Virus record (IMG/VR): IMGVR_UViG_3300037247_001890
Span: 64,001 to 128,000 of that record
Direction: 5' to 3' (one strand)
Length of the DNA stretch: 64,000 nt
Source: a virus
The notes under the pieces are model-generated. The model was not told the DNA's origin. It did no database searches and saw only the letters and a list, made by a program, of their open reading frames with translations. The translations under genes and the position numbers were made by a program. This document shows positions 9,716-17,385 of the stretch, piece after piece. Position 1 is the first letter of the stretch. Every line of letters starts with the position of its first letter.

Positions 9716-10312
9716 ATGTTATGTAGCTATTGTCAGCAAGTAGAGCTGACTCTCGAAGAAGCCAAGTCCGCAAAAAAAGGATGCATGTTTTGTGCAATAG
9801 ACACATCAATAACAATGGCGCGGGCAACTGGACTTAAGGTAGCAATGCCAAAACCGATCGAATATGGACGTACACAACAAGAATATGACGACTATATGCG
9901 AAGAATAAGTAAAAAGGCATCTCATACCGATTTGAAACAAAAGATGCAAGATGCAGCTGATACTCTTGAGCCACCCGGCCAAGATACAGACACAGATACA
10001 AAACAAAAACAATACGTACAAAGACCCGGACAACCATATGACTTTTCGAATGATCACATAGGGCAATTATTAAAAGATTTTGATCCAAATGATCCTCCTC
10101 ACGAATATGAAGAAATGCTAAGTGATGATTTTTTTATTAAAGCATCAGTGCCAGGTCCATTAAATGATAAAATGGATGCAATGATCGCTAAAGAGATCAA
10201 AAGATTATTTACAACAATTGTTTATTTAAAAACTCAAGGATCAGCGTGGGAAAGATATTTCCGTGATCCTGAGGAACCAACTGGACCACAAGGCGTGTTT
10301 CCACCGACGTAA
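9716..10312 (+). CDS. hypothetical protein with N-terminal CxxC...CxxC Zn ribbon
   Basis: CSYC...CMFC; AGGAG RBS. Confidence 0.6.
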   Translation: MLCSYCQQVELTLEEAKSAKKGCMFCAIDTSITMARATGLKVAMPKPIEYGRTQQEYDDYMRRISKKASHTDLKQKMQDAADTLEPPGQDTDTDTKQKQYVQRPGQPYDFSNDHIGQLLKDFDPNDPPHEYEEMLSDDFFIKASVPGPLNDKMDAMIAKEIKRLFTTIVYLKTQGSAWERYFRDPEEPTGPQGVFPPT

Positions 10313-10323
10313 AGGAGAATTAA

Positions 10324-11481
10324 TTGAACGAATTACGCGACAGAATTCTGTCTGTTCGCCAAGAACTCAACGGAATCACCGTTGAAAGAACCGAAGAAAC
10401 ACACGGGCTTATTACTGCTGTATTAACTAACCTTAATATTTTATTTTTAGGTCCTCCTGGGGTAGCAAAATCATTGCTTGCTTCCAGATTTATCAAACAC
10501 ATACAGGGTGGAAAATATTTCCATCGACTTTTGACAGCTTATTCTACTCCAGAAGAGTTGTTTGGACCGTTCTCTATGAGAGAGCTTAAGAATGATAAAT
10601 ACTTAAGGGTAATTGAAGGAATGCTTCCTGAAGCTCACATTGCTGTAATCGACGAGGTTTTTAAAGCAAACGCAGGTATTTTAAACAGTTTGCTTGAATT
10701 ATTGAATGAGCGAGAATTTTCGAATGGCAGGGAAAGAATCAAAGTTCCTTTGCTTACAGTGATTGGCGCGTCGAATGAAATACCAGAAAATGATGAGGGT
10801 TTAGGAGCAGTATACGACAGATTTCATTTGAAGTATCTTACCGAACCTATTCGTGAGCCAGGAAATTTCATGAAGATGCTCGAAATGCCTAATCCTGAAG
10901 ATTTACCTGATCCTGAAGTTACCATAACATTAGATGAACTAGCAGAAACACGAAAATTGGTAAAACAGGTGGCAATTCCAGATGGTGTAATACAAAAATT
11001 GACAAAACTTCGCCATGAACTTACGATTGGCGGCTATATAGTCACTGACAGAACATATAAAGCTTCCATGAAGGTATTAAAAGCAGAAGCATGGCTAAAA
11101 GGTAGAGATATCATTGAAGAAGATGACATGGACGTTTTACGTCATATGTTCTGGGCTGATCCTACGAAAGCACGCGGCGTATATCTGAAAATTTTGGAAA
11201 TGGTTAATCCTGAGAAAAACCTTATCTTGGAAAAATACGAAGAATGTATGCGTATTACGAAAGATGTTTTTGCAGAAAAAGATCCAAAAGTTCAGATGGA
11301 AAATGGTATCGAAGCTGCATCAAAACTAAAGCAGGCTAAATCCGATATCAATAAGCTGATGAAAGAAATGATGAAGAAACAAAAAAACGTCGATGAAATA
11401 AAAACTATGCTTGTCGATATAGATGAGCAAGTTAAAAAGATTTTCGTTGACGCATGCAATATTAAATTGGATGAGGTTTAA
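10324..11481 (+). CDS. ravA: MoxR-family AAA+ ATPase, RavA-like
   Basis: Walker A GPPGVAKS, STPEELFGP, Walker B IAVIDEVFKA, GASNE and arginine finger YDRF follow RavA signatures; no LARA domain evident. Confidence 0.85.
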   Translation: MNELRDRILSVRQELNGITVERTEETHGLITAVLTNLNILFLGPPGVAKSLLASRFIKHIQGGKYFHRLLTAYSTPEELFGPFSMRELKNDKYLRVIEGMLPEAHIAVIDEVFKANAGILNSLLELLNEREFSNGRERIKVPLLTVIGASNEIPENDEGLGAVYDRFHLKYLTEPIREPGNFMKMLEMPNPEDLPDPEVTITLDELAETRKLVKQVAIPDGVIQKLTKLRHELTIGGYIVTDRTYKASMKVLKAEAWLKGRDIIEEDDMDVLRHMFWADPTKARGVYLKILEMVNPEKNLILEKYEECMRITKDVFAEKDPKVQMENGIEAASKLKQAKSDINKLMKEMMKKQKNVDEIKTMLVDIDEQVKKIFVDACNIKLDEV

Positions 11482-13049
11482 TGTCTTACAGACAAATAGG
11501 GAAGACTCCCCTTAGTAATAGAAAGAAAGTCACAGACGACATTCATAATTCTAAGCATTCGATAAAGCATGATAAGTTTGATTTGGAAGCTTTTGAGAGA
11601 ACATTAACACAAAGCAAAGTACTTACAGAAAACCGGCGTGCTGGTAAAAAAGAATACAAAGAATTCGCAGAACTCTTACAAGACACATTCTCAGCCTTAT
11701 TCAAATATAATCCGGAACTTTTAAAAGATTACATGATGAATCCGGAATTTTTGCTAAATCGAGAAATAATGAAACAAGTGTTTGAAGCTCCAAAATACAA
11801 GGAGCTTCGAGCACTGACAAGACTTGATGAAGTAAATGCAACTATAGGTACTGAGATTCTTTCTGATGAATTAAAAGAATTTGTAAAGCAGATAAAAGAA
11901 CAACAAGCAGCTTTACAAAAACTTATGGAAGCGATGGAGAAAGAAGCACAAGCACAAGCTGCTGAAAAGAAAGACGAAGAAGGAGAAGGGGAAGAGGTTG
12001 GATCAGCTAAGATATCTGAGCGTTTGTCTCTTAAAGAAGCAAAAAAGAGATTGGAAGAAGCGCGAAAAGATTTCCAAGATTCAGTAGAGAAAAAAGAATT
12101 TCAGCAAAATGTGCATGGTCTGGTAAGTCAAGCACAAAATGTTACTCAAGAAACGAATGACTTTATTGAGGCGTGGGGTTTGGGCAGTGATAATAACTAT
12201 AATAAAAGATCTTATAAAGAAAAGATGGATCTTTTGCACAGATTGCGTAATTCTCCCAAACTTCGTATGATAGCCAAGTTGGCAGGCCGCTATAAAAAGA
12301 TAGCGATGCAACGGCAACACCAAAAAATAAAGAAGGGAACAAACGAGATTTATTCCATTAAACAAGGGAAAGATCTTGGCAAAGTACTACCTTCTGAGTT
12401 AATGAAGCTCAGTGATCCTGTGACTGAAACATTATTTTTTAAAGATTACGTTGAAGGAAAAATTCTTCAATATGAAACAAGAAGTAAAGCTAAGCAAGTC
12501 AAAGGCCCCATTGTAGTAGCAATGGATGAATCATATTCAATGGATGGTCAACCAGAAATATGGGCTAAGGCCGTAGCATTGGGTATACTTGAAATAGCGA
12601 TTGCACAAAAGCGAGATTTCGCAGCAATTCACTTTTCAGGTGATGACAACCCAAAGAGACTGAAAGTAGATTACTTCTACAAAGAACAACCATACAACAT
12701 CGAAAAGATTCTCGAGTTCGCCGAATATTTTGACGGCGGGGGAACTTTTTTCGAAGCACCTCTTGCGAGAGCAAGGACGATAATCAGCGAACACGCGAAA
12801 TTTACGACCGCTGACTTGATATTTATTACGGATGGTGAAGCCCCTATTGGGGATAAATTCCGTGATAAATTCAATGAATGGGTGAAAGAGAGTAAAGTTT
12901 CCATATATTCGATCTTGATCAACCAGGGAGGATATTCTTCGACAGCATCACTTAAAGAATTCACAAAGAAAGAGAATATCTTCAAATTAACAGAGTTATC
13001 GCAAGACGATCAAGATACTCTCGCGATCACCATATTCGATTCGATATAA
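11481..13049 (+). CDS. viaA: VWA-domain protein, ViaA-like
   Basis: GPIVVAMDESYSM (MIDAS DxSxS), GGGT and ITDG; coupled to the ATPase by a TAATG overlap. Confidence 0.8.
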   Translation: MSYRQIGKTPLSNRKKVTDDIHNSKHSIKHDKFDLEAFERTLTQSKVLTENRRAGKKEYKEFAELLQDTFSALFKYNPELLKDYMMNPEFLLNREIMKQVFEAPKYKELRALTRLDEVNATIGTEILSDELKEFVKQIKEQQAALQKLMEAMEKEAQAQAAEKKDEEGEGEEVGSAKISERLSLKEAKKRLEEARKDFQDSVEKKEFQQNVHGLVSQAQNVTQETNDFIEAWGLGSDNNYNKRSYKEKMDLLHRLRNSPKLRMIAKLAGRYKKIAMQRQHQKIKKGTNEIYSIKQGKDLGKVLPSELMKLSDPVTETLFFKDYVEGKILQYETRSKAKQVKGPIVVAMDESYSMDGQPEIWAKAVALGILEIAIAQKRDFAAIHFSGDDNPKRLKVDYFYKEQPYNIEKILEFAEYFDGGGTFFEAPLARARTIISEHAKFTTADLIFITDGEAPIGDKFRDKFNEWVKESKVSIYSILINQGGYSSTASLKEFTKKENIFKLTELSQDDQDTLAITIFDSI

Positions 13050-13059
13050 CAACTGTTAT

Positions 13060-13460
13060 TCGATAAATGATGATAGCAGAAAATTCAGAATTAGGGAGGG
13101 CGTTTGAGTCCTCCTTATTTCTGTAAGTTTGTTGCAACGACAAATAATCTGACGTATGTAAGTGGCACAATGATACTGACTGATCTCTACCTTGAGACAA
13201 GTGCTATTATAAAAAAAATTAACTATAGATTCCTGCCTCCACGCGTTTGATGCAACGTCAAACACTTATGATGAAATTAGGACGCATAACGAGCAGAAGG
13301 CGTCATTGTATAGGAAATTTTAGCCTTTCCAGTAGGTCCCTTCGGGGACTGAATGATGAAGCGTCATTCGCTTTACAATAAAAAATAAGAGGGCAGCAAG
13401 TTTTCCCTCTTATAGTGGAAAGCACCCCGTGTCCTTTTATAAGGCGCGGGGTTTTATTTA
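13060..13460 (+). ncRNA. structured non-coding RNA, candidate retron msr-msd
   Basis: 436-nt gap lacking a + strand ORF directly 5' of a retron-type RT; at least 7 hairpins, G-U wobbles on the + strand, a cUUCGg tetraloop (13336-13349) and a repeated hairpin with compensatory changes; boundaries approximate. Confidence 0.7.
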
Positions 13461-13462
13461 TT
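13424..13462 (+). terminator. terminator-like hairpin between the ncRNA and the RT
   Basis: ACCCCGTGTCCTT-TTAT-AAGGCGCGGGGT followed by TTTATTTATT. Confidence 0.55.
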
Positions 13463-13485
13463 CAATTAGTATATAAAAGAAAAAA

Positions 13486-14415
13486 ATGACTATTTACGAA
13501 TTATTAAACGAAGATCCGGATACGGTAAAGCATATTATAGAAAATATTGATAGATATTATCTGTCTTACGGAATCAAAAAAAGACGCGGACGATCTCGAA
13601 GAATAGATGCGCCCCAAGACAAACTAATCGAAATACAAAGAAAAATATTATATAAAATTTTATATAGGTATAAACCCCATCCAATTGCACATGGCTTTGT
13701 GAAAAAAAGGGGACCAAAAACAAATGCAGAAGAACATGTAGGCGCTGATCTTCTTATTACAATAGATATAAAGAATTTTTTCAATTCAATTACTGAGAAA
13801 CAAGTTTATTCTACTTTTGAGTATCTTTTTGATAGAAGATTGCCGTACGAAAAAGCAACTTCTAACGATATTAATATCATAGTCAAACTATTGACATATA
13901 GAGGCCGAGTACCACAGGGAGCAATTACAAGTCCAGCAGTCTCTAACTTATTCATGCTTCCATATGATAAAAAATTAAAAAAACTCCAACCAAAATATAA
14001 AATTAAAATAACACGATATTGTGATGATATTGCAATAAGCTCAAAAAAGAGTAAGGGATTAAAAGTACATGATATTCTAGATGATGTCAGAGAGATTTTA
14101 AGACCTGCAGGATTAAGAATGAATAAAACAAAAACAAAAGTAAGAAAACGATATCACAGAATGAAAGTTACAGGTATAATAGTAAACGAAAAGACTAATA
14201 TACCAAGAGAGAATTGGAGAAATTTCAGAGCATGCCTACACAATATCAAAGTAAAACAACCTATGGAAGAAGTTTCAGAGCTAGATCTGCAAAAGATGAG
14301 AGGGTACATAGAGTGGGTCAAGGTAATAAACCCTATACGTGGGAAACAGTTCTTGACAGAATTCGAGGAAATCTTAAATATGCAAAAGAAATTTTTCACA
14401 ATCATATTGACGTAA
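13486..14415 (+). CDS. retron-type reverse transcriptase
   Basis: 309 aa; RRIDAP, AHGF, retron region-X NAEEH (NAxxH), DIKNFF, PQGAITSP, catalytic YCDD, region-Y VTG and C-terminal RACLHN...GYIEWV..INP.RG. Confidence 0.92.
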   Translation: MTIYELLNEDPDTVKHIIENIDRYYLSYGIKKRRGRSRRIDAPQDKLIEIQRKILYKILYRYKPHPIAHGFVKKRGPKTNAEEHVGADLLITIDIKNFFNSITEKQVYSTFEYLFDRRLPYEKATSNDINIIVKLLTYRGRVPQGAITSPAVSNLFMLPYDKKLKKLQPKYKIKITRYCDDIAISSKKSKGLKVHDILDDVREILRPAGLRMNKTKTKVRKRYHRMKVTGIIVNEKTNIPRENWRNFRACLHNIKVKQPMEEVSELDLQKMRGYIEWVKVINPIRGKQFLTEFEEILNMQKKFFTIILT

Positions 14416-14432
14416 AAAACATAGAAATAAAC

Positions 14433-14762
14433 GTGCCTATAGGGATTGTTCGAGGAAATCGGATAAATAAAGTAGGCTGGGTCAATGAAGGAACAGAAGG
14501 AATATACATTTATCCTTTGGCAAGGATAATAATTAGGAATAAAATGCAAGGAAGGCAACCCAGAACTACCCAAACACTTGAACTTCGAGTTGGAACTCTT
14601 ATAGAAGATCGATTCCGACGTAAAAAGAAATTCAAGTACTACATTGATAACAAAAAACGAGTTGTGGTTTGTTATCAGATAATCTCCGATAACCACCTAG
14701 AACGGCAAATAAAAGATTACATAAAGGAATGCAATAACATTAAATTCCTCTACTGTGATTAA
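14433..14762 (+). CDS. basic hypothetical protein directly downstream of the RT
   Basis: 3' part of track ORF 14214..14762; in-frame GTG at 14433 avoids overlap with the RT. Confidence 0.5.
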   Translation: MPIGIVRGNRINKVGWVNEGTEGIYIYPLARIIIRNKMQGRQPRTTQTLELRVGTLIEDRFRRKKKFKYYIDNKKRVVVCYQIISDNHLERQIKDYIKECNNIKFLYCD

Positions 14763-14782
14763 GTCTAGACCATCTATTTTCA

Positions 14783-14938
14783 ATGACGAAAATAAAAGAA
14801 TCTGCTAAGAAAGTATACAACCGTATACCGCAGAAATACAAAGATGACGTGAAGGAAGTCTGTAGATCAACTTTTAAATATGCTAGAACAGCAGCTATTG
14901 TTAAAGTTGTAGAAAGACTTGCCGAATTGAAAAAATAG
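14783..14938 (+). CDS. small basic hypothetical protein (51 aa, MTKIKESAKK...)
   Basis: read by eye; fills a gap in the + strand block. Confidence 0.45.
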   Translation: MTKIKESAKKVYNRIPQKYKDDVKEVCRSTFKYARTAAIVKVVERLAELKK

Positions 14939-14974
14939 AAACTGGCAGACAAAAAGTAAAGAATTGAAAATTAA

Positions 14975-15160
14975 TTGAAAAACTATAAAGCAAACGTAAT
15001 AATAAAGAAAGGGAAAAAAGAAGAGGAAAGGATCCTATGGATACGACGTGATCATATCGTAGATGCCCTTAATGTTACACATAAAGTTAAAGCGATAAAG
15101 ATAAATTATATACAACAAATTTCTGAAGAAGAATACATGAAAGGGGTTGCTCATGCTTAG
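14975..15160 (+). CDS. hypothetical protein
   Basis: 61-aa ORF coupled to the next gene. Confidence 0.5.
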   Translation: MKNYKANVIIKKGKKEEERILWIRRDHIVDALNVTHKVKAIKINYIQQISEEEYMKGVAHA

Positions 15161-15753
15161 TGGATATCATAAGCATCAGCAAGGGAAACAAAAAACTTAA
15201 AGATATAGCAAGTTTTAGTTTACCACCAATTTTTTCTTGTCCATTTCATAAATATTGTTCAGATAAATGTTACGCTAGAAAATCATATAGAGCATATCCG
15301 AATACAAAAAATGCATATGACAGAAATTTTAGAATAGCAAAAGAAAATCCTGAAAACTTGAAAGAACAATTGATGGAAAATTTACGCTCTTATGAGAGTG
15401 AATATTTTCGTATCCATGTTTCGGGCGATTTCTATTCACAAGAATATTTAAATATGTGGATAGAAACTTGCAAACAATTCCCCGATAAACATTTCATGGC
15501 ATTCACGAAGTGTTACAGTTCCGATTACGAAGAAAAACCTGATAACATGGAAGTTATATTTAGTACTTTCGACAACATGCCAGCGGGAACATCAGACAAA
15601 ATACGAAATAAATACAATCGACCGATAGCACATGCAGGAGAATCCAATCCTGATAAATCCTATTATAACGATTGTCCTGATGATTGCTCGCAATGCAAAG
15701 TTTGTTGGCATTTGAGCGATGAAAGTAAGGGCGTATTTTTCCACTATCACTAG
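15160..15753 (+). CDS. phage GP88-like Cys-rich protein
   Basis: GNKKL..FSLPP..SCP...CSDKCYA, FRIHVSGDFYS, FMAFTK and C-terminal CPDDCSQCKVCW pattern. Confidence 0.7.
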   Translation: MDIISISKGNKKLKDIASFSLPPIFSCPFHKYCSDKCYARKSYRAYPNTKNAYDRNFRIAKENPENLKEQLMENLRSYESEYFRIHVSGDFYSQEYLNMWIETCKQFPDKHFMAFTKCYSSDYEEKPDNMEVIFSTFDNMPAGTSDKIRNKYNRPIAHAGESNPDKSYYNDCPDDCSQCKVCWHLSDESKGVFFHYH

Positions 15754-15773
15754 CCTCTTTCTATAGGGGGCAT

Positions 15774-15806
15774 TAAAGGGGCAATATATTTGCCCCTTTA
15801 TTTTTA
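15774..15806 (+). terminator. hairpin terminator
   Basis: TAAAGGGGCAA-TATAT-TTGCCCCTTTA followed by a T run. Confidence 0.6.
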
Positions 15807-15819
15807 TATAGGAGGTACA

Positions 15820-17130
15820 ATGCATTTAGAACGACAATTATATCGTGAGTCTCGAACAGGAGCTATACTCTCGTGGAGAATAACAGTAGAAGACAGCGAT
15901 AACAAAATCAAAAGAACATTTGGACACAAAGAAGGCAAACAGCAGCACACAGAAGAAATTGTTGAGGGAAAAAACATTGGAAAATCCAACGAAACCACTC
16001 CTCATGAGCAAGCTGTAAAAGAAGCACAATCTATCATAGTTAAAAAACTAAAAGAAGGTTTCAGAGACAAGCTTACGACGCAAATTTTTACATTTGACCC
16101 CCTCCCAGAAGGATTTACTCCTAGTAAACCAATTTCGGCACCGCCAGAGGGAACATCAATGAGTGTGGGGTTGGAAAAGTTTTACGCTGAAAGGAAATAC
16201 AATGGAGTCAACCTACTTTTGGTTGTGGATCTTAAGAATGCGAAGCACCTATACACCAGAGGCATCGAAGAAATAACGCACTTAATTGCAGACATACCAG
16301 AGATAAAAAAACTGTGTGAATACGAAGTTCCGGCCGGCAGTATCACCAGTTTTGAATTTATTTACTTTAACTCTGATGGTGTGGAAATGCCCAAGGATTT
16401 GAGAGCATTTACTGAAGTTAGATCCACCAAGGAAAAAACAGAAGCAAGATATCTTCACCTAAAAGAAGTCGGCGGACACCTGGAAATTAAAATTTTTGAT
16501 ATGCTTTTCTATGACAAAACGGATATTACAAAAACAGATTTTTCTGATAGAAGAGCGATTATTAAGAAGACATATTACGATAAAGATGCCACATATGAAC
16601 CATGGTCTATACAGTTGCTGACAAAAGAACACGTTGACATGGCACTTGAACAAGGATGGGAAGGTTTTGTCTTAAGACATTTGACAGGTGAGTCCAGTTA
16701 TATTGAGTATACGATGAACGGAAAAGCATATCGAAAGGGCTCCTGGAAATTAAAATTCCAATGGACGGAAGATTTCTATATTTTTGAGTTCATGACTAGC
16801 AATGCTGGAAAATTAAAAGGACTTCCTGCAAGATTCCATCTTGGAAAACTAGATGCTTTTGGAGAAAGGGTTGAGTGCGGGTGGTGTGGTCCGGGAACGC
16901 TAGGAATGGATGGTGTGAAAGTAATGGCAAAGAAATTGGGTTGGAGCAGTGTGGAAAAACTTCCATACAAAACTGCTTTTCCAGTTTCGAATCCACTCAC
17001 AGTAGAGATAAAATACCGTTCCAGGCAGCCAGATAGTAATGCACTGGAGCATCCAGTAATATTGGAAACACGTGAGGATAAGCCATGGAAAGAATGCCTG
17101 ATAAGCGATGAGCCTGTGCTATTCGAATGA
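15820..17130 (+). CDS. ATP-dependent DNA ligase with N-terminal WGR-like domain
   Basis: motif I ERKYNG, IFDML, EGFVLR, WKLK and OB-fold VEIKY...HPV...REDK; start at ATG 15820 after GGAGG. Confidence 0.85.
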   Translation: MHLERQLYRESRTGAILSWRITVEDSDNKIKRTFGHKEGKQQHTEEIVEGKNIGKSNETTPHEQAVKEAQSIIVKKLKEGFRDKLTTQIFTFDPLPEGFTPSKPISAPPEGTSMSVGLEKFYAERKYNGVNLLLVVDLKNAKHLYTRGIEEITHLIADIPEIKKLCEYEVPAGSITSFEFIYFNSDGVEMPKDLRAFTEVRSTKEKTEARYLHLKEVGGHLEIKIFDMLFYDKTDITKTDFSDRRAIIKKTYYDKDATYEPWSIQLLTKEHVDMALEQGWEGFVLRHLTGESSYIEYTMNGKAYRKGSWKLKFQWTEDFYIFEFMTSNAGKLKGLPARFHLGKLDAFGERVECGWCGPGTLGMDGVKVMAKKLGWSSVEKLPYKTAFPVSNPLTVEIKYRSRQPDSNALEHPVILETREDKPWKECLISDEPVLFE

Positions 17131-17315
17131 AAGTAAATATCATTAATGGTTCTTTTGTTGAATTCAGAATGGTAGTAAAACTAATGCATACACATGGAGA
17201 ATCCAAGATAGTTAGGATAGAAACCATGAAGGAACTTACTGCAGAAGTAAGAAAGTTTAAAGCAGTAAAAGTAGAAACACAAGAGTATGCTTGTGTATTC
17301 AAAGAGGGTATATAA
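17127..17315 (+). CDS. hypothetical protein
   Basis: 62 aa with ATGA overlap. Confidence 0.5.
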   Translation: MKVNIINGSFVEFRMVVKLMHTHGESKIVRIETMKELTAEVRKFKAVKVETQEYACVFKEGI

Positions 17316-17329
17316 TATACCCTCTTTTT
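17301..17329 (+). terminator. intrinsic terminator
   Basis: AAAGAGGGTATA-TAA-TATACCCTCTTTTT. Confidence 0.7.
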
Positions 17330-17331
17330 AT

Positions 17332-17360
17332 TTGCATTAGACGCTAAAATTTTTTAAATT
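17332..17360 (+). promoter_or_regulatory. sigma70-like promoter TTGCAT-N17-TAAATT
   Basis: variant of the class A motif, upstream of the glycosyltransferase. Confidence 0.45.
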
Positions 17361-17385
17361 AAGGTATACTTAACCAAAAAAATAA

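Noticed and set aside
13056-13265. 69-aa minus-strand ORF in the ncRNA region
   Set aside because: It is antisense to the block, has no RBS or motif, and the + strand RNA structure explains the region better.
13067-13352. C/D-box-like pairs (ATGATGA at 13067 and 13268; CTGA at 13149 and 13349)
   Set aside because: The similar spacing is curious, but terminal stems are lacking, the context is bacterial, and the second CTGA overlaps other hairpins. Probably chance.
13486-14415. RT as a diversity-generating retroelement acting on the tail fibres
   Set aside because: The RT has PQGA..SP, NAxxH and VTG (retron type), not the DGR GNxxSQ signature. No Avd gene was seen. The fibre repeat pair is identical rather than differing at adenines, and no TR/VR pair was found.
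13050-14415. Group II intron
   Set aside because: The RT is short, lacks maturase X and endonuclease domains, interrupts no gene, and no domain V was recognised downstream.
14214-14432. 5' part of track ORF 14214..14762
   Set aside because: It overlaps the conserved RT C-terminus by about 200 nt; GTG 14433 is the more plausible start.
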